Below are positions 12,171 to 24,932 of a DNA stretch of 34,562 bases, piece by piece. The position numbers and the translations under genes are program-made. The stretch's first letter is position 1, and each line of letters opens with the position of its first letter. The stretch spans positions 1 to 34,562 of the forward strand of contig JAUCBJ010007153.1 in assembly GCA_032718475.1 (NCBI GenBank). Reading direction: 5' to 3'. Under the pieces are notes generated by a model that saw only the letters and a program-made list of their open reading frames with translations, was not told where the DNA came from and ran no database searches. Source of the stretch: Nemertoderma westbladi (lineage: Eukaryota; Animalia; Xenacoelomorpha).

Positions 12171-14421
12171 TAATGTTTGGGCATATTTTACCTTTATTCC
12201 AAAGTCCTACTGTATGTATAATTTTCAACATTACCGGATCTTAACGAGATATAATATTTAACAGCGAGTTCATACTCTATATAGGCACAGGTACATAGAG
12301 TACAATATCCTTTTAAAAAATAATATCAAAACAAAAACATGGGTGTCTTTCTCAAAGACCGTGTGGGGAACTAAAAATCATTTGAAATCATGAATTATTT
12401 TTGTACGCACCAATCATAAAGCAGTAGTCCAGTAACCCGGGCAATGGTATCAATGTCAACAGTACACTACAATACAACAAGAAACCTCATTCAGTCATGA
12501 TTTTAAACTGCACGGTAGTACTAGCTGACTGCCTACAGTAAAGTCATTTTTAGTTCCCCATTACATTACAGCGCATTATAAATTATTGTGATAAATATCC
12601 ACGTCCAATTCAACAGTCAGCGATCCAGTCAGCTAACAGCTATCACCCAAATCTTACAAGTACATAAGACTGTAAGAACCGGTACCATTACCGTCTAGGC
12701 CTATTTTGAGTGTAGCCTACTGAGTTTATGAATTTATTGAGGTTATTTATTGAGTTCTGGAGTTTTGGCACATGGTCGACCTTTCTGAAGAAATATAATT
12801 TATAGAAGAATATATCCCGGCTTGCCAGGTTTGTTTTTCACTATTAAAAATTACAGAAACGTTCAGTTAAAGTTTATCAGTTACCCCTCAGTTTATGGAG
12901 GTAATGTAGTACTGCAGTCAGGCCTGGATTGCACCAATAACCAACCCAACTGCCAACGCGCTTCACTCCCCTTTAACGGTGCCCGTGTGGCGTGCGGGTA
13001 GGCCTACGATGTAGGCCGTAGGCGTAGGTTGCCGATTCCGACACTGGTGGTTGAGAACATTCACGTTCCGCAGGCCTGCAGGCAGTGATACCGGTATGTA
13101 TCCGTGTGTAAGAGTGTGTTATGCGTGCGACGTGACCAGGACAACTCACCGAAGATCGAATATGGCCTGATAAAAATTAACCTACGTAATTATAAATTAT
13201 ACCGTCCACACATGACAGAATAAGCTTACTTTGCATCGGTGCAAAGCAGAGGAGAATCAACTCAATTTACTACAATATACTCAGAACCGACTGAAGTAGA
13301 ACTCGAATTAACGGAACAATCGTCGTCTCCGCATCTACCGAGGCTTAAAGGAACCATGCGGAAGCGAACAATAGTTAGGAAATAATCGTCGACTTGATGT
13401 ATCGGTTATTATGTATCACATTTAAATCTGCGTAAATGATGATAGTTCGACACTCTTTAGTTCAATTATCACTTTGTTAAAGCCGCTAACAAATATTTAT
13501 TTATCTATGCTTAACCATTTCTATCAGCTTTATTTCGGTGTTTTGGAATTTGGTCCAATCTATATATTATCGGAATCGCCTTCTACATCAGATTCTGTAG
13601 ATTTAACCGAGAATTGCAAATACCTATATATATTTTTTAGGATGTAAATAAATATAATTATATTATTTTATTACACTATGTTCTTTCTTGGTTGTTATTA
13701 TTTTGCTTAGTGTCTCTGGAACATAGTATTATAAAACAATTTAATTGTATCGAATTTTATCGTATAATAATTAGGCCTTTTCCAAATATCTCCGGAAATT
13801 TTCGATGAAATGTAAAACTGATTTTATATTCAGTATTTGCAGATCAAATGAGTTATAATGATATCTAAATTATATTTCATAAACGTAAAGTAACTAATCC
13901 AGAATCGTTTGTGTATATTGTTAAATACTTGATGACTTTTTAACAGATTGTTGTAGCGGTTTGTGTGGTTGAACATTGCAACCCTGTTTTCTTCACTAAT
14001 ATTACTTCTGTAACTTATTACTGTGTCTAGTTTTGATTTTTTATAAGTTTGTTTGTATGTCTTCCTTTTGTCGAGTTGTCTATTTCAACATTGGATTAAT
14101 CGGTATTATTTTGTAATTAATTTGTTTATATAGAATTCTCATCCCAGATTTGTCATGAAATATAACTAACTAAATTGCGAAATAAATTTGATATTTAAAA
14201 ATGCGACCAGGGCAATGGAGAGGCGAATTGTTAAAAAAAGTTTATATATCGTGGGTGACCGACTAATTGTGTAATTTACACGCCACGAAGTAACAGAAGT
14301 TTTATTTTGAATATTTTTGTATTTTCAGTATGATTCACTACGGTTCTCCTAGAAGGATTCGCTTATATCGATACTACTTCCGCAGAAGTACCCGAAGTAT
14401 ATAGCGAGAGTTACAGTCGTC

Positions 14422-14523
14422 ATGGATACCGGCAGACCTCCCTCGGAACAGGTGGACGACGTTCACATCTATCTGGTACCGGATAACCAGTGGTCCCAGA
14501 GGCAAAACACATCAACGGGCGAG
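14422..14523 (+). CDS. SPATA1: SPATA1-like protein, first coding exon
   Basis: ATG at 14422; MDTGRPPSEQVDDVHIYLVPDNQWSQRQNTSTGE, then donor GAG|GTAGGT (phase 0); upstream acceptor TTTCAG ending at 14328. Resembles the vertebrate SPATA1 N-terminus (RPSSSELVELHVFYVPEGSW...NTISTE). Confidence 0.85.
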
Positions 14524-14797
14524 GTAGGTTGATTCGCGTGTTTGGTTGTTGTTTTAGTAGCTTATTGTAGCAGATATGGGGCATGTTCGACTTGAACAAA
14601 AATCTGTTGACTTTAGTTTATGTTAGAATATCGTGTCACTGAAGCCTGTTCCTTTTCCTTAGTTAATAATTTAACATTGAGACTATATATTATCTCACAG
14701 GGATGGTATTTCCGTCCAATCCCCCTCCCCCCCGTCTCCATTCGAGTTAATATATTTATTTAATTAATTCCAAATTGTTACTGATTGTTTCTCTTAG

Positions 14798-14965
14798 GTC
14801 TTAGAGAACGTAGTATCGTTGGGATTTATTCGGGTGTCTCCGCAGACTAAACTCTCTAAACTTCGGGCTCATATCGCCATTCAGATAGACGACGATGACT
14901 TACCCCGGCAGTTTGTATTCCTACGACAAGTGGGGCGAGCCATGACACAAGTGAGACGTAAACAG
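14798..14965 (+). CDS. SPATA1: SPATA1-like protein, second coding exon
   Basis: Acceptor CTCTTAG|, VLENVVSLGFIRVSPQTKLSKLRAHIAIQIDDDDLPRQFVFLRQVGRAMTQVRRKQ, donor CAG|GTTAGT; joins exon 1 in frame. Resembles SPATA1 (ISAGFLRVSPQLTL..LR...FLFLKCIG...VKEKQ). Confidence 0.87.
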
Positions 14966-15059
14966 GTTAGTTTTATACATGTGGTGGACGTTGATAAAAA
15001 TAGTTTCAAAATTAAATTGCCAATACCTGTGTAAACTTGTACTAAGCTTGTAAAACATA

Positions 15060-15217
15060 TAGTGGAGCCTTCGCGCAGTACGAGAGCCTATATAAGGAAG
15101 TGTACTAATCTCCATTAGATATATGAAAACTGTGTTTCCCAAAATATCAAGAGTGATGCTTTTACTTTGCCTTAAACTGGTAGTAAAAAACACAGGTCCA
15201 TTAATTAATTTAATTAG
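15060..15217 (-). repeat. 3'-terminal fragment of a HINE-like family, also present at 28258-28415
   Basis: Near-identical to 28258-28415; begins AGTGGAGCCTTCGCGCAG, the approximate reverse complement of the element end near 2320-2340. Confidence 0.8.
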
Positions 15218-15234
15218 TTACTCAGTGTACCCCT

Positions 15235-16633
15235 GTGCTGTTACACCCAGTCTTGTTGCCCCCCCGTCACAGATAGTGATTCATGTTCCCCCCAATCACA
15301 GGAAATGATTCATGTTAGTAACCATTTTAGTTACCAATTGAGGGTAAGGAGCAGGTTTCAGAGACGGCTTTTTCTAACCAAAACAATAAACTATGTTGTT
15401 ACCATTTGAGGGAAAGGGGAAGGTTACAGAGGTGGCTTTTTCTAACCAAAACAATAAACGATCTTGTTGACTAAATTCACTAGCATATTTTTCTAACCAA
15501 AATAAGGCTAAACAATAATGTAACGTCATTACAATAATAATCAATTTCTATCATTACCTATTGAGGAGGTGCAGGTTACACAAGCAGGCTTTTCTACTGT
15601 TGTTCTAACCAGAGCAATTAACGATACATACTGCATTACCCCCGGTACTGTATCACTTACAATAAGGAAATGAGTCTGGCAGTGTATTGTAGGTAGAGTA
15701 GTAGGTATCTGTAGGTAGACCAAATCTGCTAGCAGAATTAATCCGGGTGCCGGGGGTACTAAATCCGCTAGCAGATCCGGTCCGGGGGGGGGGGGGGGGG
15801 GGGGATTCTTCGGGGGACTGAATCCGCTGTTAGTTACACCGGCTTCCTATAACAACATACTTAGAACTTTAACTTATAATAAAATTTTGGTTCAAAATAA
15901 GTTGCAAGCAGCACCCAATTGCCCAAACCCCCATCTATTTAGTTAGTTAGTAATAACAATAGAAAAACAATACAAGATCCAAGATGTGACCTGATTCGTA
16001 TATATAGATTGCACTGTCCACTGTAATATTCTATATAATGCCCTAATTAACTAAAACTGCTAATTAACTAGGCCTATTAAGAAATGCCAAAAAATGAAAA
16101 AAATGATTAATTATGTATTTAACTATTTAGGCAGCAGTATGTTAAGTTAATGCTTAGGCCTATAACAACATATGTAATTGGAATTGTTATATTAAAGTAC
16201 CGGTAGGCCTATAAAGGAAAGTAAAGTATAAAAGTAAAATAAAGTAAAGTAGGCCTCCCTACAACAGTACAAGTATGCAGCGACTTAAGCCTGTACAGCT
16301 GTAGCAAGCAGGAAGGTCGCAGTGCAGTCAGGTTACTTACAGTCTGACAGTAGGGAATAGGACTACAGTCAGACAGTATTGTAATAAGATAGGATGGAGT
16401 CCCCCAAACAGGAATAAGCCTCCATTGCTCATTTGACCGGACGCATTGTAGCATTGACCGGACCCATTGCCATTTAAAGGAGCAGGTTAGTAAAGGAGCA
16501 GGTTACAGCGTTACTGCAATACTGACAGAGGCGTGTTTAGGGAACCAAAAAAATAAATGAAAGCTAACTCATGTTTCAGGATTGTGGGTCCGGTCACAAA
16601 GTTGAGTAATAAGGGTCCGGTCTATAATACACA
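15235..16633. repeat. Direct repeat copy A (~1.4 kb composite of nested small repeats)
   Basis: Aligns by eye to 29590-30997 with roughly 15 substitutions and several short indels; ends exactly where BEL integrase sequence begins. Confidence 0.95.
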
Positions 16634-19600
16634 TTGCGGACACTTGCACCTAATTTTCACAGTGACTGTGCGCACTATGTTTTGCACGTCTGGGTGTATG
16701 TGCAAGATAACTCCCGTCTCCCAATATTTTCTCTTGACAATTGGTTCGGTTATCAATACATAGTCTCCTCTCTGGAGGCTCCGAACCGTTTTGTACCACT
16801 TTGATCTGGTGGATATGGTGGGAAGATAATATTCCCGCCAATATTCCCAGAATGTGTACGCGACAAATTGAGTCACTTTCCAGCTCTTACGACTATATAG
16901 GTCGGCACTAATGGGTTCTGATGCCGGCACAAGAAATGCTGGACTCTGCATTAGCAAATGATTCGGCGTTAATGCAACACCCGTCTGGCAACATAGCTAT
17001 CGGCCTCGAGTTCAGTGTATGCTCGATTTCGATAAAAGCTGTAACCAGCTCGTCGTCGGTAAGTTGTTTGTTTACGGGCAATGTTTTAGCAATGGCCTGC
17101 TTTATAGAGCGAACTAAACGCTCCCAACTTCCTCCTCTCCAAGGACTTTCTGGAGTGTTAAATCTCCACTCCACTCTTTGCGGCAAAAGTGCTGCTCCCT
17201 GCTGCAGAAATTTCTCTATTCTGCGCTGCTTTGTGAGCCGCGTTCAACTCGCTATTCCCTCCGACAAAGTTTGTACCCTTGTCAGAGTAGAATGCCTTTA
17301 CTAGTCCTCTCCTGGCCATAAATCTCCTTAAGGCCAGGAGCAGAGATTTGGTCGACATGTCTGCCACACGCTCAATATGTATGGCTCTACTAGCCATGCA
17401 TGTCAGTAGCAGGCCCCATCGCTTGTGGGTCAGCCGTCCACTCTTTGCCTCAATCGGACCAAAACAATCCACCCCCGTATTCGTAAAAGGTGGGTCATAT
17501 GCCTGCACTCTCGCTTCCGGGAGTTCAGCCATCTCCTGTTCCAATACTCTGGCGTTCACCCTCTTGCAAACCAGACAGGCGTCATACATAGTGCCTACTG
17601 CCCTGCTTGGCTGCAATAGAATGAATCGCTGTCTCGCTGTCGACAAACAGTATAACTTTCCCGCGTGATGCAACCGCTTGTGTATATCCCATAGAATCGC
17701 TCTTTGCAATTCTATTGGGTGACTAGGGATTATCACTGGCAACCTAAACTGTGAGTTTATGTCGACAGTCTGGATTCTCGATCTATGACAAATTAAACCC
17801 TTATGGATTAATGGACTCCATTTTCTAAGGGGTTTATAGAGAACTGGTCGTTGAGCCGATAATAGATAGAATTCTTTTGGGAAGGCACACATTTGATAAT
17901 ACTTCAAATGCTTTAATTCCGCTTGATCAATCTCATCCTCTGTCAGAGGTTGTTTCAATTTCTGAATTCGCTCACTATTAGCGCTCATTTGTTCTCCTAA
18001 ATGTTTCAAATGTTTTAAACAAAGGTACGAAATGTATCGGCTTAACCACACAGTTCTTTTACAAATTGTCAGCCAAGAGGCAGACGAATTTAGTAATTTG
18101 TCATAAACACTGCATGACTCTAATGCCAGCGACGGTTGCCCGCTAGTTAATGGAAGTTTCGAATCCAAACCCGCAGGTTTGGAAACCAAAGGCTCCATTG
18201 TGTCGGTCATTTTCTGTCCGTCACTTACCAACTGTGACCGTCGTCTAGTCTCTAAGGGTGGTTTTACGTCATAACTTACCCTTCCGGACCTAGTAGTCAC
18301 ATAAGTCTGTAGGTCTGACAGGTCTCCGGGCCGCTCCAATGACTCTTCAGGCCGCTCCAATGACTCTTCAGGCCGCTCCAATAATTTGAGTTTGGCTTTC
18401 GACTTTGGCTTGGAGACTTTCTCCACTTTGACTTCTGCATCTTCTGGCATCGGATTGGTCACTATCTTCAGTCGCTCTGGCCAATGTTCCTGTGTCCTCG
18501 TTAGAAAATCAGGTCCATGCAACCAAAACTCCTGAGACTCTTCCTGACAGAATTCCGCCGGCATAGCACCTCTCGAAGTTATGTCGGCCGGGTTTAACAC
18601 TCCCGGACAATGTCTCCATTGTTCCTTCGTCGAAAAATCGACGATCTGAGCGCGTCTGTTGGCCACGTGTCTTTAGTGCAATATTGTCGGCTGCAATATA
18701 TACTAACACTAATGATGCGTCCGTCCAATAGAATAAGGTCAATGTCGTGTCTAACTCCTCTATTATCTGCTTACTTACCTCAACTGAGACTACTGCCGCC
18801 TGCAACTCTGCACGAGGGACAGTCATGTATTTGACCGGCATTGTCTTTGATCTAGAAGTCACAAAGGCCGTCTCAAACTTATCCTGACTTACTTCTCGGC
18901 GAAGGTAGGCTACCATACCAAAGCCGGTGTCACTTGCGTCGCTAAATAAATGCAGCTCAAGATCCGCTGGAAATACCAGCTGATTCGGAAAGTAGGAGCG
19001 GGGTACATCTATGTTTTTCAATAGATGTAACTCGGCTTCCCACTCTCTCCACTGCTTTGCATGTATAGGAGATATTGGTTCGTCCCACTCTAAGTCGGAC
19101 AACCAAATTTTCCTCATGCACGCTCGTGCCTGTAATATTACCGGACTGATAAAGTTCATCGGGTCGAATAGTCTACTTAATGTCGATAAGCAAATCCTCT
19201 TAGTCAAAACCTTGTCTGGGCTACTGGGCTCAAATCTAACTCTTACCTGGAACTTATCTGTGTTCGGGTTCCAAGCGAGTCCCAGTACTCGCGCCATGGG
19301 GATGGGTTCTACCCCCAATTCTATGTCTCCGCTCCCGCGATCTTTCACCGGGAACGATTCTAATAGGGCCTCCGAATTAGTAGTGAACTTGGTTAGAGGA
19401 AAACCCCCTGTAGCCAAGCACTCCTGTAGGCCGTGAGCTACTTCTATGGCTTGCTCTGCTGTGTCCTTGGACACCAATCCATCGTCCATATAGAAGTTTC
19501 TCAAGATGGACTCGATAACTTCTACTGGATACTTACCAATCTGGGCTGTTGCCGTTTTCTTTAGAACAAACAGCGTGCCGTTTGGACTATCGCGGGCACC

Positions 19601-21362
19601 AAATATCCTAACATACATTTGGTATGTAACCACTGGGCCAGACAGGTCTTCATTCTCAAACCAGAGAAATCGAAGGCTATCCTGGTCTGCCTTACAGGCT
19701 CTTACCTGGTGGAACATCGCCTCGATGTCACAAGTAAACGCAAATCGCCGCTGTCTAAAACGTAACAGTATTCCTATCAAATAATTATTCAGGTTGGGAC
19801 CGTCCATCAACTCTGAATTCAGGGACATACCTCTGTAGACTGCTGCGCAGTCGTTGACTACTCGGACCTTGTCAGGTTTGTCAGGGTGAGTCATGTAGTG
19901 GTGTGGGAGGTAATAAGTCTGGTCCGTCACTAAGTCCGGGTCCTCTACCTTCCCAGCAAATCCCTTGGCGAAATAGTTGTTGATCTGGGCGCAATACTTC
20001 TCCCTAATGTCCGGATTCCTTAACAACCGGGCCCTTACTCTGTTTAATCTTTTCAAGGCTAAGCTGTAGTTGTTCTCCAACTTAGGAGGTTGTCGACGCC
20101 ACAACATTCCAACTTCAAAATGTCCAGTTGGTAGCAGACGTATGGTATCTTCCATCATCTCCAACGACCGTTTCTCATCAGTAGACATGGTTAGGTCATA
20201 TCCACCGGGTTCCATTGCATCCCTATCCAGCCATTCGACGGTTCTAGCTCCTGTCTCGAGGTCCTGGCGTATCAATTCCTTCTGTAGCTCCTTCTCACTG
20301 TATTGGAAAATGTCTAGGTCTCGATATTTAGCCACTTGACCCTCCACTATGTCGGTATAAGTCAAAACGTTACTCAAATAGGTAGCGTGGGCCGCTGAAC
20401 CAGACCCACGGGTCTGATAACAGTAGTCCTCGGGTTCACTATCTGTCCGGTCATTGTGGAGTGGTTCCGACAACCTAACATTATCGGGAATCAACTCCTC
20501 GTCCGACTCGCTAACGTCACTATAATGGTCAATACAGGTTCTCCTAAACTCGTCTATGTCTGGTGGTTCTACTAACGGTGGTTGAGTTATAGGCTGTAAT
20601 CCGTCGTATCTATCCATTGGCTTGTCGCCACCTGTAAACTCATAGGACATGGGTACTCGTGTATACCAACCTAATATAGTCCTATGGGCATGTGGTCCAT
20701 TTACATGCGGTTCAGCTGGTCTCGTTTCCCATATTTGGTGTGCGATCAGCTGTTCTGCACCAATTAACATAGAAACATTCCTATAACCTACCTGGTGTCT
20801 CGGTACTCTAAGCTTGTCAAAATACTCCTGTGCTATGGGACTCATCGGCGGCACCTTAACCTAACTGCCTGCCGAACCCCTTCATAGCTAGACACTTAAA
20901 TCCATCTAATGGCAAAGCTCTCCATTCTTGTTGAGTGTGTTGGTCTCTCGGAAGTAGGGAATCTAGTTCTACAGAAATCCTGTGTCCCTTGAGGTCACCT
21001 ACCCCATGCATAGACTTTAACTCTATTTGGATCTCCTCTGCGTCTTGGAAGCTAGAAACGGCTCTCGCCACTTCCTCGTCGATATAAGATAATGTGGACG
21101 CAGTATCCAACATCACATATATTCTCTTTGATCCCTTATCTCCAGTAAGTTTCACCAGAATCATGCTGAATATTTCCGACGTGGCCGATGATAAATACGT
21201 CCGCGCGCCGGTCGATGAACTATCCGCGGTGAAACCTTGGCAGGTCACCTCTCTTGCACTCGACTCGCCATCCTCGTCCGACAAACCTGGTTGATAACCA
21301 TCGTCCTGGATACCAGTGTACGTATTTCTCCTTATCGATACGGGTTCTCTGCTCCCCTTCCT
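16634..21362 (-). pseudogene. pol: BEL/Pao pol (protease, RT, RNase H, integrase), frameshifted
   Basis: Protease YVMLDTAS; RT YYLPHH..KVRVVNDCAA, CDIEAMFHQV, FGARDSP, FYMDD; LSRLFDP; RNase H LFSDAS, PRAELQAA, WTDAS; WRHCPGVLNPAD; integrase H..H..CLVC, GVDCFGP, SDKGTNF, GGSWERLV, LNSRP; C-terminal FWEYWREYYL. Frameshifts near 20860, 18665, 17200 and 16960. Confidence 0.95.
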
Positions 21363-24300
21363 TTAAGGATTTCTCTGTAAGTAACGGTCCGTTGGGGTAT
21401 GGAAATCCGCATGTAGCAACTTGTGATGTAATCTGCCGCATTCCATGCATCCGTCCTTGCTGTTCGGGCACTGCCGCCGTACATGACCTGGCGCAAGACA
21501 TGCCCAACAGGTGTCCAAAATCCGCACTTGAACTCTTCTCTGTTCCGAATTTAATTCTTTGAACCATCTGCAACTGTCTAACTTATGGTCGTCAGATTTT
21601 ACCTCCTTTAGTAAGCAGAATTGGCAACCTACAAATCCATCCGGCAACTCCTGTTGCTTTAACCTAGGTCTATCTGACCGCTCACCGGACCATACTCGCG
21701 AGTCTGATCTAAAGGCTGGGGTACTTGAATTATATCTGTCTACTGAGTTAAATGTCACAGTGGTCCTGTCATCGTCAAAACTTACCATAGACTTACCGGT
21801 AACAGGCGTAGACTCCCTCATATTCTCCTCTGAGAAGTTTGATTTCATCTCTGCTACTGCGTCTGTGGCTATCATGTCATGAATGTGTTGAAGTATCAAT
21901 ACTTTACCTTGGCTATCCAACTTATTCTCTAATTTGCGCCACTTCTGTCTGTAACGCATGTTTAAACGTCTTATTACGCTCTTTAAAACTTCGGCGTGAT
22001 CACCATGATGAGGTAGATTCACCGTCGTCAAAATGTCTAATGCGTTCGAAATCGTGTTTGCTAAGTTCAACAGCTCTAACGGAGTTGTAATCCTTCCGCC
22101 CTTACCCAAGTCTTCCACTATCGACTGTGCCATCTTGGTTTTATTCCCATAGATGTCGCTAAGCGTCTTCATTGCTAACTCGAATGCTCTTTCATTGCCG
22201 ACGAAGTTGTCAGCAATGGCTCTTGGTTCTCGATGGAGCATCTGAAGCAAATAGTTGAACTTCTCATTGGGAGTAAAGGTGCTGTTGGTCAGCTGTTCAT
22301 CGACATAGGTTTTGAATGTCCTCCAGTGTTTGTGATTTCCCATAAACTTCTGGGGTTGTTGCGTCGGCAGTCCTTGCCTAGCAGCAAACTTATCTATGTC
22401 TCTAAGGGTTGCGTCGTTCCGGGTTAACAAATGGTTTAGTTCCGCAGGGTTATTAAGTCTGGTCCTTTCCCGGTGGTTCCAACTTACCTGCTCCGCGTCG
22501 GTCCTTCTTTCCTTATAGTTTCGGGATTTCTGACGTCTCATTTCTTCCTCTTCATCGCTTGAGTCTGTGTCGGTCCTCAGTGCTCGCGTTGATTTGCGTG
22601 CCGAAGCCCTGACCCAAGCATCTTGTATAAATCTTTCCGCCGAGTTTTCAAAATCGGGATTATAAATCGTCGGGACAGGCGTTCTTACCTGAGGTCTATG
22701 TGGTATAGTTGCCTCCGATATGCGTACTCTTTGACTAGGTTGGACTTTATCTAATTCAGGCCTGCTAGGATTAGAATTACTTCTTACCTGGGCTTTTTCC
22801 TTTAACCGTAGGTTGCTAAGCATGTCCGTTATAGGTTGGATGTGCGGCGATATAGCTTGCGCTAAACTAGCACTTAACTCATCCCTTGTAATAAATTCCT
22901 GGCTAGGGTTCTGTTGTATAGTCGGCTCTATCTGAGTAATCCGCTGTCTCTCATATGATCCATCTTCCAGTTTAACCCGGAAGTTCTCCGTCGAACTGGG
23001 TCGGTGCTCCGTCCGCGTATTCCAAACCCGCGGGTTCGGTTCGCCCAATACTCGTCCTGTCGGAGTTTCTCCTCTAAACTCTCTGTTCTCTCATTCGGTG
23101 TGTAGTGGTGCGGTGTTCTGATGATGTGGATCCTGCGCGATGGGTGAAGCACAAATACCAACTGGCGTGCGATATGTAGAGAACGGTTTAGCGATCCGTG
23201 TACTCGTAATAGCTGGACCGGGTATAGGAATTCTGGTCGTCATCGACTCGCGTATAGTCGGAGTTCTCGCTTCCTGTTCGGCCTTCTGCAGTGCGAACAG
23301 TTCTCGCAACTCAGTACCTACACTCGCCCCACATTCTTCGATCATTCGCATCCCCTTCTCGGCGATTTCATTCGCCTTCCTAGTCCATTCTTCGCTCTCT
23401 AAGTTTAGTCTCCCACTTTCCAACTGTGCCAACTTACGTTGTTCTTCTTCCCTCGCTCGTCTCGCTGCGCTCTCTTATTCCACACGCGCCTTCTCTTCAT
23501 ACAATGCCCGTCGTTCCTTCTCGATCTCGAGTTCTCGTTCTTTACGCTCGTGTTCGAGTTGAAGTTCGTATTCCCTTTGTTCGCGTTCCTTGCGCTCGCG
23601 TTCAAGTTGGAGTTCGCGTTCCTTCTGATCACGTTCAAGTTGGAGTTCGCGTTCCTTCTGTTCGCGTTCAAGTTGGAGTTCGCGTTCCTTCTGTCCGCGT
23701 TCAAGTTGGAGTTCGCGTTCCTTGCGCTCGCGTTCCGCTTGCTCACGCTTACTTATTTCCTCCAACTCTCGCAACTTTGCGTCCAACTTACGTGTGCGCT
23801 CCCGTTCCTGTTCGGCTTCCTTCCGTGCTTCCGATGCACGCAAAACTTCCGCCTGCTGTTCGTCTAGTTGGCGTCTTCTCTCCTCTGCCGAGTTGTGAGA
23901 AACGAGGGATCTAGCGCATATAACTTTACCTCGCGTGTGACTAACCTGGGAATCGCCACTGTCTCTAGATGCATTGTCGGGTGGAGTTAACGTTCTCTGT
24001 TGGATGTTGTCCGTCGTTGGTAGCACCTGGCCCGGTACCACCACTCCACTCTGCATCAGCCAGCTAGTAACTTCCCTCTGATACTTGCGCTCTTCCTTGT
24101 CTTGGGTCTCTTCCCGCTCCACTAAGTCTCTCAACTCTGAGTCACTCACCTGAGTCGTCTGTGCCTGTGATGCCCATAGCAACCAGTTCTCCGTCCTAAC
24201 TCGTCCAAATTGCTCCGATAATGCGCGGTGCTCCAACAAGGCTGCTAAAACCCTGTCGTAAACCCTCGTCGCCACATCGCTCGACTGAGACTCCACTGCT

Positions 24301-24932
24301 CTTTTCGCTAGGACTGCAAGCTCCTCCGTCTGCTTGAATAGCGCTGAGTTGTATCCCTTTCTAATCTCTACTAACCCTTCCCTTCCGATGTTACCAGAGT
24401 CAGCTAGCATCTTCCTTACCTTGTCTGCCGTCCGGGTTATATGTCCGGCATGCGCGTGAAGTTTCTTCTTTATCGCGATGTCTAGTTCTCTCTCACTTAC
24501 CTGACTCACACTTGGTGGACTTGAAGGATTATTTCGGGAACTACGGGTACTCCTTATAGCCGCTGGGGCCATGGCACTTACCATACCCACAGGTCTGGAA
24601 ACCGGGCTCCGGGCTCTCGCTTCTGCTACACTACTCTCCCTATCGCTCACCTCTGGCCGGGCTGCTGTACAATCCTTCCTTACAGTAGTAGGGGATCCTA
24701 ATACTATTGCCTCACCTTGCTCTTCCTCACTAGTTACTGTCTCGTCCTCCTGTTCACTTACGTCAGCATCGCTCGCTGCGTCGTCATAGTCGGCATTGTC
24801 GTCAACAGTAATGTTAGTATCGTCAGTCGGCGGTCCAGCCGCCGTCTCATAGCTGCCCTCTAGTGCCTCCTTCTCTAGTCTAAATAATGTTGCCTTTCGG
24901 CCAAATCTCGCAAAATTCGAGATATATATAAT
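21363..24932 (-). pseudogene. gag: BEL/Pao gag with a long acidic/coiled-coil N-terminal region
   Basis: ORFs 23475-24650, 23091-23432 and 21363-23048 share one frame, separated by single stops. Contains a DUF1759-like PQKFMGNHKHWRTF..EKFNYL region and three knuckles (CQFC..H..C, CWACLAPGHVRRQC, CMECGRLHHKLLH). The frame stays open upstream to ~24932. Confidence 0.88.
23530..23730 (-). repeat. 33-bp coding tandem repeat (ERELQLERxxK) in gag
   Basis: Four near-perfect copies of GTTCAAGTTGGAGTTCGCGTTCCTT plus degenerate copies. Confidence 0.93.

Noticed and set aside
16921-23914. Plus-strand ORFs overlapping BEL gag-pol
   Set aside because: Shadow frames of the retrotransposon coding sequence and its 33-bp repeat.
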